The notes beneath the pieces were generated by a model. That model saw only the letters and a program-made list of their open reading frames with translations, had not been told where the DNA came from and did no database searches. The translations under genes and the position numbers were made by a program. DNA of 62,950 bases, counting the filler, from Kipferlia bialata (Eukaryota), in the NCBI GenBank assembly GCA_003568945.1. It is 3 parts of 3 records of this genome, joined end to end, with 100 filler letters (N's around TTAATTAATTAA, not from the genome) between each part and the next. Parts side by side here need not be neighbours in the genome. Positions count along the whole stretch, not along the records: positions 1 to 22,952 come from BDIP01000270.1; positions 23,053 to 45,991 come from BDIP01000271.1; 1 more part is not named here. One strand, 5' to 3'. Below are positions 13,488 to 26,790 of this stretch, piece after piece. Each line of letters opens with the position of its first letter. Positions within the stretch are counted from its first letter, which is position 1.

Positions 13488-13584
13488 CATTAGTATGCTT
13501 ACCCCTAGGCCCCGACACTGTCACCTTCCGCCCCACTGGCATGAACAGTCCCAGCAGAGTAACAAGGGCATTGCAGGTATTGAC

Positions 13585-13616
<32 letters not shown>

Positions 13617-16600
13617 CATACTCCTTATACATATAGTATATATATGTGTATATATACATATACAAATTTCTATATACCACTGGCATGAACAGTCCCAGCA
13701 GAGTAACAAGGGCATTGCAGGTATTCTACACCATGTTTCCTATATTTTACATATACTCTATTACTAATGTGTTCCTACTAACCCCCCAGAGATCCAGGGC
13801 CCGTTCCCAGATGAGGGACAGAGAGTATATATATATAACATAATAAGTATATATAGTATATTTAACCCTCCAGAGGTCCAGGGCCCGATCTCAGCTGAGG
13901 GACAGAGAGGCAGATAGGGAGGAGGGAGCACTGGTGCTAGGAGACGATATGGAGAGGTAATGTGTATATACTCTCTCTCTCTCCCTCCCGAGCCCCTTGT
14001 CATCAGTAGCAGAGGTCCTCCCCTGCCCTTAGATATATATATATGTATGCGTATGTTTTAATGAATATGTATATGTATAATCGTTACCACTTACTTATAC
14101 CAGCAGAGGATCTAGCCCTGCCCTTGGGTCTATCCCCCCCCCCCCCCCCCCTTTCTCTCTTCCCCCCCCCCCCCCCATAGCCCCTTATCATCAGCAGCAG
14201 AGGATCCTCCCCTGCCCTTGGGTCCAGGGGTGGAGACATGGGCACTAGGGATAATGCCCCCACCCCCTTTGCCACTGTGGAGATCATCGGTCTATCCTAC
14301 GACCCTAGGTATAGTGTACCTATATATACATATATATACATATGTGTGTATACAATCTGCCGCTTACTCTTAGGGAGCTTCTCATCGAGCCGTCCCAGCG
14401 GTCCCTCAGTGCTCTCTCCCTCCCACCCCACCTCTCTCGGTGCGAGGTGGACAGGCCCCTCAGGTCAGTATATACCTCTCTCAATATAGTATATCAGTGG
14501 TACATTTACACTAGTGTATTCATATATAGCTATACCGATAAAGAGGTGGACAGGCCCCTCAGGTCAGTAATTATGTATATGTGTGTACTATATCAGTGCC
14601 CACACTATCTGTGGCTCTCTCTCTCTCTCTCTCTCCACCCATGTGTCAGTGGTACCCTCACTGTTGGTGGTGCCCTCTCTCTCTCTCTCTCTCCCCGCCC
14701 CCCGACAGTCTTCTCTCTCTCTCTATTTATGTATATGTATGTATACCTTATTTCAGTGGTGCCCTTACTGTCGGTGGTGCACTAGGCTGTGAGGGAGTGG
14801 GACTCGCCACACTCAGTGCTGGAAAGGTACTTGCTAGTAATTGACTATGTACATAATACTATATTGAGAGATAGTGTGTGTGGGTGTGAGGGAGTGGGAC
14901 TCGCCACACTCAGTGCTGGAAAGGTATATACATGTATACTATATTATATATACTATTGTATATATACTATAGTTTATATACTTATACATAGCGGGTGTGA
15001 AAGTGGGACTCGCCACCTTGAGTGCTGGAAAGGTATGTTTATATATATATATATACTAAATATATAGAATATACTATGTGCTGTATGTGTATATATAGTG
15101 GGTGTGAGGGAGTGGGACTCGCCACACTCAGTGCTGGCAAGGTATATACATACATGTATATAAGTATACTGTTATATATATGCAATGATATATACGCTAT
15201 TTTCACTATATTCACTATATGTTTATATGTCATTATTTTATATTGTGTAGGCTGTGAGGGAGTGGGACTGGCCACACTCAGTGCTGGAAAGGTATACAAT
15301 ACAGTATATCTAGCCTCTCATCATTCTTCCACTGCTCTTCAGTGACTCTCTGTCTCTCTCTCTCTGTCTCTCTCTCTCTCTCTCCCTTTCTCACTCTAGG
15401 TCTCCTTCTGCGGTGTGCCCTGTAACTCAGTGTCCAGTACCGTACTGACTGTGGAGAACACACACTGCGAGCCCATCAGCTTCAACATCATAGAGCCACA
15501 GTCACTAAAGGTATAGATATAAGTATACATGTCCTTTGGCATATATTCAATTGTGGATAGTATTACATTTGAAGTATATACCAACTGCCACTAACCTCAG
15601 GGCTTTGGCCACCTGTCTGCCTCCCCATCCTCTGGCACACTGGCAGTCGGAGGGACCATCAATGTGAAGGTATTGTCATCACTGCTTGTATATACCTCTA
15701 TTCAAATACGTATATATTTCTGTGTATACATATTGATATATACACCTATATTGACGTCAAGGTTGAGTTGCACGTGTACGACGTCCCCGTTGCCATCCTA
15801 GATGACATCGGTGTGCACGTGGAGGCCCTAGGTACAGGTGCCAGGGTATCAGACGACAGCTCCTGGCAGACCTCTCTCGCCAACACATCCCGCACCATAG
15901 AGCACTCCATGAACGGTGCTATCTCGCGTATGTCTGATGTCGGTGGCGGCATGCGCCCAGAGTCCTCTACTAGAGGTGGGAAGGGCGCCCCTAGCAAGCT
16001 GGCCTGTACCATAGAGGAGCGCCTCACTGGGTTCAAGCCTGTTGCCAACGAGGACACCCTCTATGCCATCCTCTGCGTGCACTCTCACTTGTCTAATGCC
16101 CTGCCCCTGTACGAGGGTGCCCCCAGTGGCCTGTGTGCATCCAACAACGCCATATGCGTACCCACCGTGGTGCCAGGTGGTAAGCCAGCCTCATATACAC
16201 CAGATGCCCTACTAGTGGGGTCTGTCGTCAATGAGCTGGTCTCCGAGGCTCCAGTTCAACAGTACGTCGCTAGTGCAGTCGCCCACGGTCCTGCCCCCGC
16301 TGCCTACCAGGTCTTCGGAAGTCAGGCGACCGCTGAGACCTCTGAGGACTATGAGGGTGTAGACGGTGACTTTGAAGAGAGGCAGGGAGAGAGAGAGGTT
16401 GCAAGAGAGAACGTGGACATTGACTCTCTGGAGTACGCTGCCAATATCGGAGGGGAGGCGGCGCTCTCATTTGATATGGTTGCAGATGCAGTGGATTACG
16501 AGGTTAGTATGTCTATATCTCGCATTATTTGATAGTGTTGTATCTATATCTCGCGTTGATTTCACTAATATCAGGTCATGTATGCACTTGAGAGTGTCTT

Positions 16601-16775
16601 CAGAGGTGTTGTCTCTGACGTTGTATCTGGTGCCGAAGAGGGAAAGAGAGAGGATACTGCTGAGTATGATAGGTACGAGGAGACTGCTCCCCTAGAGTAT
16701 GAGGGAGAGGGAGAGGGGGAGAGAGAGGATGACTACTATGCAGATGAGCTTGCTCAGAAGAGCATGGCCCGGTAG
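64..16775 (+). CDS. Very large multi-exon ciliary protein with tandem Ig/ASH-like domains, CFAP65/CCDC108-like; 5' end outside window
   Basis: Manually spliced GT-AG exons give repeated ASH/PapD-like segments (e.g. STPLTLTNTG-DVPAVYEWRAKAPFSLEPRTGVIGVGQ; LSFGDVAVGTSERRTFSLTNLSEVPV; VSPCSGVLQPNTPIRIKVTLCP), a large exon at about 15762-16503, and an acidic C-terminus ending TAG at 16775. The family call comes from recalled CFAP65 architecture, not a database search. Confidence 0.6.
2111..2560 (+). repeat. Exon-end plus donor-site echo array (4 copies)
   Basis: TGTGTCAGTCCCTGCAGTGGGGTGCTGCAGCC...AAG|GTA at about 2111, 2269, 2387 and 2501, separated by (AT)n-rich spacers. Confidence 0.9.
10775..10833. 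other. Scaffold gap inside a (CT)n microsatellite
   Basis: N run flanked by CT repeats, with no linker sequence. Confidence 0.9.
14786..15295 (+). repeat. Exon-end plus donor-site echo array (5 copies)
   Basis: GGnTGTGAGGGAGTGGGACTnGCCACACTCAGTGCTGGnAAG|GTA at about 14786, 14882, 14993, 15100 and 15250. Confidence 0.9.
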
Positions 16776-16962
16776 TCACAGTGTATTCAATAGAACATAG
16801 AAATGTGTGTTTCTGGAACACTATATGTTGTGTATACTGTGGGAGTCCATCAGTGGACACGAAGAACACGAGAGGTAGAGAAAGAGACCCAAACGCATAT
16901 ACTTGTGTACTCCCCTACTATATTTGCCATGATGTGACACTGATTTCATACAATGAAGCTGG

Positions 16963-17475
16963 TCAGGAACTAGGAGAGAGAGAGAGGAGAATCACAGAGT
17001 ATCTTGTATGGGCCGATATATGTGGGATTCTCGAATTCAGTCTTGTCCACAGGGTAGTTGAGGACATCAACTTGAGGTCACACAAGCATGGGCGAATTGG
17101 AATATTGGCAGTTCTCTTGAAGAGGATGATGTTGCCTGGTCGCACGTCGCGGTGAAAGATACCTAGCTTGTGGAGTGTGTCAGTAGCGTGCAGTACCGGG
17201 GGGTAAGCTAAGAAGCAAAGACATTGAGAGATAATTACTTCTTTAATCCTTGTGTGACTACTACACACTGAGGAGATAGATTGGATTGTTAAGGGGCGGC
17301 AGATTAGAGGTATATCCTCTTCAGTGCCTACCAGTAGTGCATTCAAAAATGAGACACTATAATGTATGTTAAGTGAGGCAGGATATTCAATACACATGTG
17401 AGAGGGAGTTTGTGGGTATGTGCTGAATCCTCACTGCTGGTGGAGTGTATCCATGACAGCCACAAGCAGAAAGAG
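16963..17475 (-). pseudogene. Protein kinase catalytic-loop relic
   Basis: Minus strand reads DTLHKLGIFHRDVRPGNIILF...CLCDLK (HRDxxxxN loop; DFG degenerate). The putative acceptor reads CTTACCCCCCG instead of ...AG. An upstream degenerate copy (VMDTLHQQ*) contains a stop. Confidence 0.5.
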
Positions 17476-17479
17476 TGAC

Positions 17480-17517
<38 letters not shown>

Positions 17518-18649
17518 TTTCCGGAGTGACTGGACGGAAGTCTTTAGCATAAGACACACACCTGCAGAGGCCAAATTGAAGATGTGGTTCAGAGTCTGAG
17601 CCTCAGACTACCTTCTAACCAAAACTTGAAAAAGGGTGTAGTCGATTCACTGTCCACAAGGGAACGAGGCACTCACTACCTGCAATGTATTTCACTACAA
17701 ATGCCATGATGTGACATCAGGGCAAAATATATGCATCATTTATGTTATGGATTCCATGACAGGGAATGACACTGCTCAAGAAATAATATAGAGGCAATCC
17801 TTCCCCCATTGTGCCCAAACAACGAGAAACATGTCATCACAAAGGATACTAGGTCGTCACTCCTGTTTATTCTAACACACTCAGCTATCAATACGTATCA
17901 TTCAATGTGTTGGAACCCTAGCCTCCCAGTGACCCCCTGTTGTGGCCATGGCAGTGGAGTCAATCATACATTTGCAATATATATATACACTTATTCACAC
18001 ATATATATAGATATAGATATATAAATGGAGAGAGAGAGAGAGAGAGTAACACCAGGTCGTGGCGATTCTAGTGGAGAGCGGGCTACTCCATCGACCGCGG
18101 AGTACCTGAAGTAGACTTGAGAGAATAGTAATGAGAGAACTATATATATTCAAATGTATAGAATTCAAATGTATAGAATTCAAGAATAATAAGAGAACAA
18201 TGAATGAGAACTCTGTAAGGTTGGAATGGGTGTGCAATTCTTATGCACCATTCCCTGGCCTTAGACTCAGGTGTGTATCTATCTATCTGGTTGCTGATAA
18301 CTCATTAGTGATGAGTCATCATTGATGATTGATGATCAGCCCTCTGAAGCAGGTGTTGTGTTCTATTGCTCTGGCCTTTTGGAATTATTGAGCTGTGGCA
18401 CTTGAGAAAATTATTTGTGAATTCCATTCACTATAGTTGCTTAAGAAGGGGAGTATTCGAGTAGAGCCTAGAGTGATGACATACTCTTGCTAGCCTCTCT
18501 TAATTGGCAGCAGCTAAGGGAGACCCCATACGAGTCATTCTCAGTATGCTCTCTGTCTATTCTCTACTTGTTACCCTAACAGCATACTTGCTGTCAAGAG
18601 TTGTGACGTCTTACCGGCACTTTGAGACGGTGAGGAATTTCCTGTGACT

Positions 18650-19830
18650 CTAATCAGCAGAGTACCCTCCCCCACCCCCATTCTGTGCAATGCCAGAATC
18701 AACCATGAGGACACTCACGTAAACACCAGAATCATCTGACACAATTCTAACAGGACTCATCTCACCATAGCTGAAACCAGGACACCCAACCATGGAATAC
18801 TCAGCCCCTGCTCTCTCCCCAAAGAGCGCCTTGACCTCCCTGATGGTGTGTACCCACTCTCCTGCGACGGAATCATACACTGTTGGAACCTCCATGATGG
18901 TCTCATACTGACGGCATACCAGGTGAGGTCCCACCGGAGTGCATATGAGGCCCTCTATGTTATCGGGGACGGGTCCCAGGGACCGCCACTGGTCACTTGA
19001 ACCAGGTGTGTAGCTGTAGACCCCTGTTCCAAAGAAGATTGCAAACATAGTTGTGGTCGTGGTTGCAATCACTCTAAAGCCACCGGAGTCCGCTTCATCG
19101 GATACGATGGGACATAAAGGCAACACCTCCCACAGTGCTGTCTCTGGAGTGTAGCGCCAGAGCTTGGACACACCAATTGTGTCAGAGAGGACGGGTACGT
19201 AGAGGCACTGGTCGATAGCAAATATGTCACAGGGCTCAATATCCCCCTCTTCATGACTGAAGGCAGGGAGTGCGCTCCAGTTCTTGGTCTCCGGGACATA
19301 GACATAGATGGCCCTCACTGACACGTAGGGGTCTGGGATAGCATATACTTCAGAGCCTACAACCTTGAGGTTAGCTTAGGAGCATAGCAAAGGGGAGAAC
19401 GACGAAAGCAAAGGAGAGAGTATTGGCAGAAGTTGATTTGTTGGATATATATAACCTGTTGTATATCAGGTCTGTGAGTATTGATCAATGATCACATAAT
19501 AGAAACACATATATCTATATATATAAACATATAGTACTATTCAATATATACATTAGTATATATATATATATATATACTAATACACTAGCATACATATACC
19601 TGGAATGACCAATCTTCCCTCTCAAAGTCATCAGTGGGCACATGGACTTGCTCTACAGTACACGGTCTTCCTAGACTGGGGCTACCGTCCACTGCTCCGC
19701 CCTCCGGTAGAGTAACTATACACATAGCTACCTCTTCTGCGTCACCTACAGTGCATAGTACTTCGGTGGGTGAGATCACTGCCACACCTAAAGGGTTAGA
19801 ATCAAATACTACTTCTGACAATAGAGTTTC
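18650..19830 (-). CDS. Kelch-like/beta-propeller hypothetical protein (at least 2 exons; start uncertain)
   Basis: Repeated YxP-W motifs (IYVYVPETKNWSAL, LWRYTPETALWEVL, VYSYTPGSSDQWRSL, VYDSVAGEWV). Intron at about 19364-19598 joins ...DWSFQ to VVGSEVYAI. Confidence 0.6.
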
Positions 19831-20074
19831 CTTTAGGATTAGAGTATATCATTAGAATCACACCACTCTTAATGGCCAGCGGCACTGCGTTTCATTGCTT
19901 CCGCCTGAAAGTGCATTACAATTCAGAATACACATAAAACCATCCTGGACATGGTTATACAAGTGAATACTGATATATAAAATGTTACTGTTATACAAAT
20001 ACTGATCTGCACAAAAATATGGACTTCAATATGAAATCAATATGAAATCAATATGAAATCAAAATGAAATGAGC

Positions 20075-20347
20075 ACCTGTAGGAGTGTTTCCAAAGACAT
20101 TGAGGTCTTCACCTCTAAACTCTCTACGAGGGGCTGGAAGCATATGGATAGGGTAACGCTGGAAACGCAAGGGGAGCTGGGCCTGATATCATATGAGGAT
20201 AACTCTATATACTATAACTTTATATACTAGTTTCTATTATATATACTAAAAATTATATGAGGAGAGAAGAAGATGGGGACACACACTTAGAGAGGTATAT
20301 GCTGTATACTATATATGCTATAATAATATCTATACGAATATATATTA

Positions 20348-20389
<42 letters not shown>

Positions 20390-22528
20390 TTGATATGCCA
20401 GGGGAGCTGGGACTGATATGAGGAAAGGATAGGACAGAGATGAGGTGGGTCGTTGGTATCGACACGTTACAAAGGACTGGGTGCTTCTCAACCGTATGTG
20501 TAGTCGTATATATGTGTGTGATTACGTTAGGGGTGCTGGGACTGATATTACATGATACATATATATATATACTACATTATATATATATATATAATATTGG
20601 AGGAGAGAGAGTTGAGAGCAGTGAGCTGGCTACTGGCTGTGATAATTCATGGTCAGTATTAAGTGGAACATAAATATACCGTAACATCACTATATTTTGC
20701 ATATATGACATACCATGATGTTGCATGCATCAGAGTGTTCAACTAAATGAATATATTACATACTATATATACCTACTATATATATATATATATATAAGTA
20801 TATATACATACTATAGTACATATATATAGGCTACTATATATATATGACATACCATGATGTTGCATGCATCAGAGTGACCGTAACGCTGTGTCTCATCGAT
20901 CTCCTTCAGGCACCACCCGTCCTCAGAGGACACAGGCACCTGACACTAGAGAGTTAGTGTGATACTATGTGACTATATAAACACAGTGTACATATATATA
21001 TATATAAATATTTATATATATTATACATATATATTATATATATGTATCCTTAGAGAGGACACGTGCACTTGACACTAGAGAGTGAGAACCATATAAATAG
21101 TAACACAGCGTGTACTGCACATACCTATATAGACAAACATATGTTTATCTATTTATCTATGGTGATAAAAATACTAGATAGTATTCAAATCAGACAGGCA
21201 CCTCACACTGGACAGTTAGGGTGAAATTATTGACTATGTATATACACAGGGTACATACTCAGAGAAAAAAGGGAAAAAAAAAAGAACAAAAAAATAAACA
21301 CAGACACCTCCCACCAGACAGCGAGTACTATCATTGTACTCTATATATACATATATATATACATACCTACAGAACTGTATACAAACACACACAAACACAT
21401 ACATATATGTATATATATATAGATCTACCGTGATACTCATAAGTATACGTACTACGTATAATACGTAGAGTATACACTATATCTATATACGTACTCAGTA
21501 TATACCCACCCTGCATCCCCTATCGGATACACCCATGGTGGCACATTTACTAGTCTAATTACATAATATCAATTATACATATATATACATATATATATAA
21601 ATATCAATGTATATATATATACCCACCCTGCATCCCACATCGGATATACCCATGGTGGCACACTCTAGGAACTCATCATGTTCTGGAGTAAGAAAGATTT
21701 AGAACATACTCTAAATATCAAGTGACATATATATATATATAGCTAATTATAACTGATATATATTGACAATTACTCTTCTGGATTCAGTTACAAAATCATC
21801 ATAGCCTAGGAACTCATCATCTTCTGGAGTAAGATACATATATCATTCTATATAGTATACAATTGTGGAGTTACATTCATCACTCTCAATAATTCATTGG
21901 ATATGTCACAATATTAGGATTAGCAATAGTGGCACACTCTAGGAACTCATCATCTTCTGGCGTAAGATACATTTAGAAGCATTTTAGTTACATTTTTAGT
22001 TACATTTGGTACTCAAGAGTAACAATCATTCTTTGAACCCATCATCTTCTGGAGTTTAGTTACATTTAGTAGATCTATTCTAAAGAGTTTACAATTATGG
22101 AGTTACACTCAGCATTCTTTACAATATACAACCATTCACCATTGAACTATGCACACAAAAGAAGGATTTGCAATATATATTAGACTTGCATTGATCACTT
22201 ACTACTGGTACTAGCAGTAGATTGAAGAAATAATTGATATTATATCCAAAGTATATGTATTAGAGGGAGTGTGTGTGTAGGGGAGTGTGTGTGTGTTGTG
22301 GGAGGGGGGAGAGAGTGAGAGAGTGTGTGAGAGAGAGGTATGAACGAGGGATATGACCTGAGAGGCAGACACTGCAATGATAAGACAGAAAGGCAAGAGA
22401 TCTCTCTCTCTGATAAATACTAATACATACATATGCTCCCTATATGTACACTTTATGTTTTTTTCCTATGAGATCGCTTCTTTGATCAGGTGCACATATA
22501 GTATTGCATGTCTAACCAGTAAAAGGGG

Positions 22529-22560
<32 letters not shown>

Positions 22561-22952
22561 TAGAGAGAAGGTGATCTGATACACCTCCAGTATTGCATGT
22601 CTAATTACCACACTCACTCTATCCAAAGTAGTATACATAAAGGTATATATATATATATATATACTCCCTATGATATATATATATATACTATACTGTGCAT
22701 GCATCGCCATCTATACATGACCACACTCACTCTATCCGAATACATGCGTATATGGGGGTACATGTTGACACTACTACACTATATATACACTTTACTACAC
22801 ATAATGTGTCCAGAAATTGTATACATGTAGACACACACCTGATAAGCACCACAGCCTATCTGACTCTGCCTCCACTGCTGCTACCAGGGCTTCAGGGGTG
22901 TCAAACCTAACACCCCACAGGGAGAGGGGTATGTGGGTGCCTAAGTGGCCTT
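20075..22952 (-). CDS. Partial multi-exon hypothetical protein, cut off by contig end
   Basis: GC-richer islands flanked by AG/GT on the minus strand translate openly (GHLGTHIPLSLWGVRFDTPEALVAAVEAESDRLWCLS; HDEFLECATMGISDVGCRV; CQVPVSSEDGWCLKEIDETQRYGHSDACNIM). No family recognised. Confidence 0.45.
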
Positions 22953-23052
22953 NNNNNNNNNNNNNNNNNNNNNNNNNNNNNNNNNNNNNNNNNNNNTTAA
23001 TTAATTAANNNNNNNNNNNNNNNNNNNNNNNNNNNNNNNNNNNNNNNNNNNN
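22953..23052. other. Artificial contig-concatenation spacer
   Basis: Exactly N44 + TTAATTAATTAA (stops in all six frames) + N44 = 100 bp; identical to the spacer at 45992. Confidence 0.95.
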
Positions 23053-23108
<56 letters not shown>

Positions 23109-23127
23109 ATGTATATCTAATATTCAG

Positions 23128-26100
23128 GTCCCCACTACTCCAGGTGCCCCTGGTGCATCCAGTACATCCATATCTGGACTGGACAGAGGGAAGGTAGGGT
23201 ATATGTGTATATATAGACATGTATATAGACATGTATATGCATATGTAATATAGTACTGGTATATGCATGTATTTCATATGACTCTGGTGCCTCTAGCTCA
23301 TCCATATCGGGAGTGGACAGGGGGAAGGTAGGGTATATGTATAGACATATATATAGTATAGTAGTGGTACATATGCATGTACTATATGTGACTCTGGTGC
23401 CTCCAGCACATCCATATCGGGAGTGGACAGGGGGAAGGTAGGGTATATCATCATGCATATATATGTGTATATGATATAGTAGTGGTATATGCATGTTCTT
23501 TTATGACTCTGGTGCCTCTAGCACATCCATATCTGGACTCGAGAGGGGGAAGGTATTGTTTATGTATTGATATCAATATTGATTCCAGGTTGTTGTCCAC
23601 ACCCCTGAGCGCCTCAGGAACAGAGAGAGGGTGAGTAGTCCAGCACATCCATCTCTCTCTCTCTCTCTCCCTCCCTCTCTCTCTCTCTCTCTATATCTAT
23701 ATGTGTATGTATGTATGTATGTACATATGTATCTTACCTTCAGGTGAGGCAGAGGGGCAAGGAGGACGGGTTTGTGAGGCAGACTGTCATCAGAGACCTC
23801 AACATACCACTCCCTAAAAGGGACACGACTGGGGTATGTATGGTATATACTCATTCACTGATATGTATATATGTATACGTATTCCTATCACTCACTCTCA
23901 GGGCAAGAAGAATGGTATTTATATATACATATATATATATGTACGTATGTATGGAGAGTACTCACTCTATATATGATTTTATGTATATATGTATCTGTCA
24001 CTCACTCTCAGGGCAAGAAGAGACGTTCATCTTCTACTGGCAAGGGGTCCCTCCGTGACGCCAGGTAATACTAACACTTCTTTTGTAATTTCGTTGCTTC
24101 TCCCCATTGGAACCAGCCAGTTATTAATATATTATATATATTTATTTTATATTATATATATTTATTGTATTTATGAGTCTAACTCATCTTCTGACCGATC
24201 TGACTAATCCTGCTATATTCAATATTGTAATGAATTTGTGTCGAATTTTGTATTCTTACTCACTGTTCCTTTCTCACCCCAGGGAACCACCCACCCCCGC
24301 TCACCCTGCGTCCCAAGAGAGACAGACAGAGAGGGAGAGGGAGGAGGAGAGAGAGGAGGAGAGAGTGGTGTATACTGGAAAGGTTGATAGCAGCTCAGGG
24401 GGGGGATCTGTAGAAACTGCAGAGAGGCCTAAGCGTCAGATGTCTGCTAAGTCTATAGGGAGGGAGAGAGAGAACCCTCCACGCAGTATGGCCGTGTCGC
24501 GGGAGGGGGTTAGGGAGAGGAGGAGGGAGAGAGGGGAGTACAGTGATGATGAGATTGATGTGCCACCCCCTGAGCTCATGGCACTCTGCGACATGGAGAT
24601 ATACACACCTAGGTACGTGTAATATATTGCATTACCATATTAGTTAGTCTCTGACTAAACTTCACTCTTAGTACTGCTCTCTCCATTTCTCTCTGTGTGT
24701 ATATCCGAATATTTTCACCTTAGTACTGCACCCGGGACCCCCCAGACACCCCCACTCAGACATATCCTCTCTCTCTCTCTCTCTCTTTACCTCTCTCGTT
24801 TTGACTGAATGTGTACTTTTATATATATATATATGCTCACCTCAGTACTGCACCTGAGACCCCCCAGACCCCTCCACGTGCAGTTAGGCGCAAGGGAGGA
24901 GCCAAGTCTGGAAGAGGGGAGAGAGAGAGAGAGAGAGGCAAGGTGAAGCCAAGGCGAGGGGAGAGTGAGAGACAGCCCATGACTCACCGCCCGAGACAAC
25001 GGTCCTCTGAAGTCAACAGGTCTTCTGAGGTCAAGAAGCCTCGCAGACACTCTCTGCTGCCCCACCAGGCTGTTGTGGGGGATAGCCTAGAGAGGAAGAA
25101 GGCTAAGGGGCCAACACCTATCCCCACAGGTATTACTATTGTCTTCAGTATCGTACAATCTATAAGACATTGCTATTGTACTGACTATTTCAGTATTCTC
25201 CCTCTCCCTTCCCTTCCTGACTAACTCTTACTCACTTATCCTATGCGTATCAATTATGTATATAGTTGCTTCATTAAAACTGAAGGTGTTTGTATAGACT
25301 GGTAGTATAAGACCTTATCCCAGGTTGTGACTGTCCGTCCTCCTATGCCATGCATCTGTTAATATATATAGTTGGTATACATATATAGTTGGTATACAAT
25401 TATTGTATTTACTGATAGAGGTACTTAGATGATACATATATGATCTTATCTTATTCTAGGTCGTGACTCTCCGTCCTCCTATGCCATGCGTGGCCATGTG
25501 TACAAGGGAGGGGACGAGGCTGTAGGTAGAACTATATGTTAGTGTATAAAGTATGTATACTAGTGATATATACTATGTGTGTAGACTCATTTACATACTA
25601 CGTGGCCATATGTACAAGGGAGGGGACGAGGCTGTAGGTATGGACATATTAGAGTGTAAATGCATGTGTACCCGTATGTATATAGGTGAGTATATAAGCG
25701 TGGCCATGTGTACAAGGGAGTGGACGAGGCTGTAGGTGTGTATGTGTATATTGATATTCATACAGTATATGTACTCTCACGTCTCTTCCAATATTCCATA
25801 TATATCTCTCTTATCGTTTATATAATGAGTCTGACCTCTAGGCGTGCAGCGGGTTGTCTCCTCCTCCCAGTTGGCGCAACTTCAGCGAGATAAGGAGAGG
25901 GAGAGGGAGAGAGAGAGAGAGAGGAGCAGAGGGGGTGTGCAGCCTGTGAGCCTTGGCGATGGACTTCCGACGATGCCAGAGAGAGAGAGAAGGAGGGAGA
26001 GAGAGAGTATGCAGAGGACGGAGGCCTCACAGGGTGGCTACGACTCTAGGGAGTCTTCTTCGGTTGTGGTTAACACTCAACCATCTGAGAGAGAGAGAGC

Positions 26101-26179
26101 AGGAGAGAGAGATGAGTATGGCTATGAGGAGCCAGAGTGTCTCTTACCTGATGACTCAGATTCAGAGTCCAGCGATTGA
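23128..26179 (+). CDS. 3' part of a multi-exon low-complexity (ER/S/R-rich) hypothetical protein
   Basis: GT-AG bounded exons, e.g. VRQRGKEDGFVRQTVIRDLNIPLPKRDTTG and 24283-24612; last exon ends ...PDDSDSESSD* at 26179. Confidence 0.55.
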
Positions 26180-26790
26180 ACTCTGTTTTAACTCTGTTTC
26201 ACATTGTTTTGACTCAGAGTCCAGTGATTGAACACTGTCTTTGACCTGGTTAAGACAGTCTGTGATTGATTCTACTTCGTAGCTAGGTGATTTCCCGTAT
26301 ATATGCTGTGAGCATTTCGACAGCATTTCATTATTGTAGCTACATTGTCATCCAGAGGCTTGGGATTGGCTGAAAGAGTAAATCACGCTTTATCCTTAGG
26401 TGCATGTGCTCTATATAGGAGCCTACTTCTAGTACAGGGTATCCTTAGCCACACCCACTTCGAAAGACAGTCTAATTATGACTCTAAGTATGCGCAGTAA
26501 CACTGCCATCTGAAAAACACACTCACAACCAGCGAGAAACTCCCTTGACAAAGAAACTAAGATACACCATTTATGCACATTAGTCACCACATTGAGGCGA
26601 TATTACTCACACAGCCACCCATAAATAAAATCTGGCACCGGTAGAGGGCGAAGATAGACATCTTGCAGGATACATGCAACACATGTACCAGTACACAAGA
26701 CCCTGAGACTCTCTGGTGCTCTGTTAATCCACAACATACACCTACAGCACTCGCAGTACCTATATAGCCAATACAAGGCTATTGGATAAT

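Noticed and set aside
20026..20070. Short tandem repeat AATATGAAATC x3-4 (similar minis at 18146-18183 and 60432-60495)
   Set aside because: Ordinary slippage minisatellites with no further structure.
22953..23052. TTAATTAATTAA palindrome within N runs (also 45992-46091)
   Set aside because: Artificial six-frame-stop linker; gene adjacency across it has no biological meaning.
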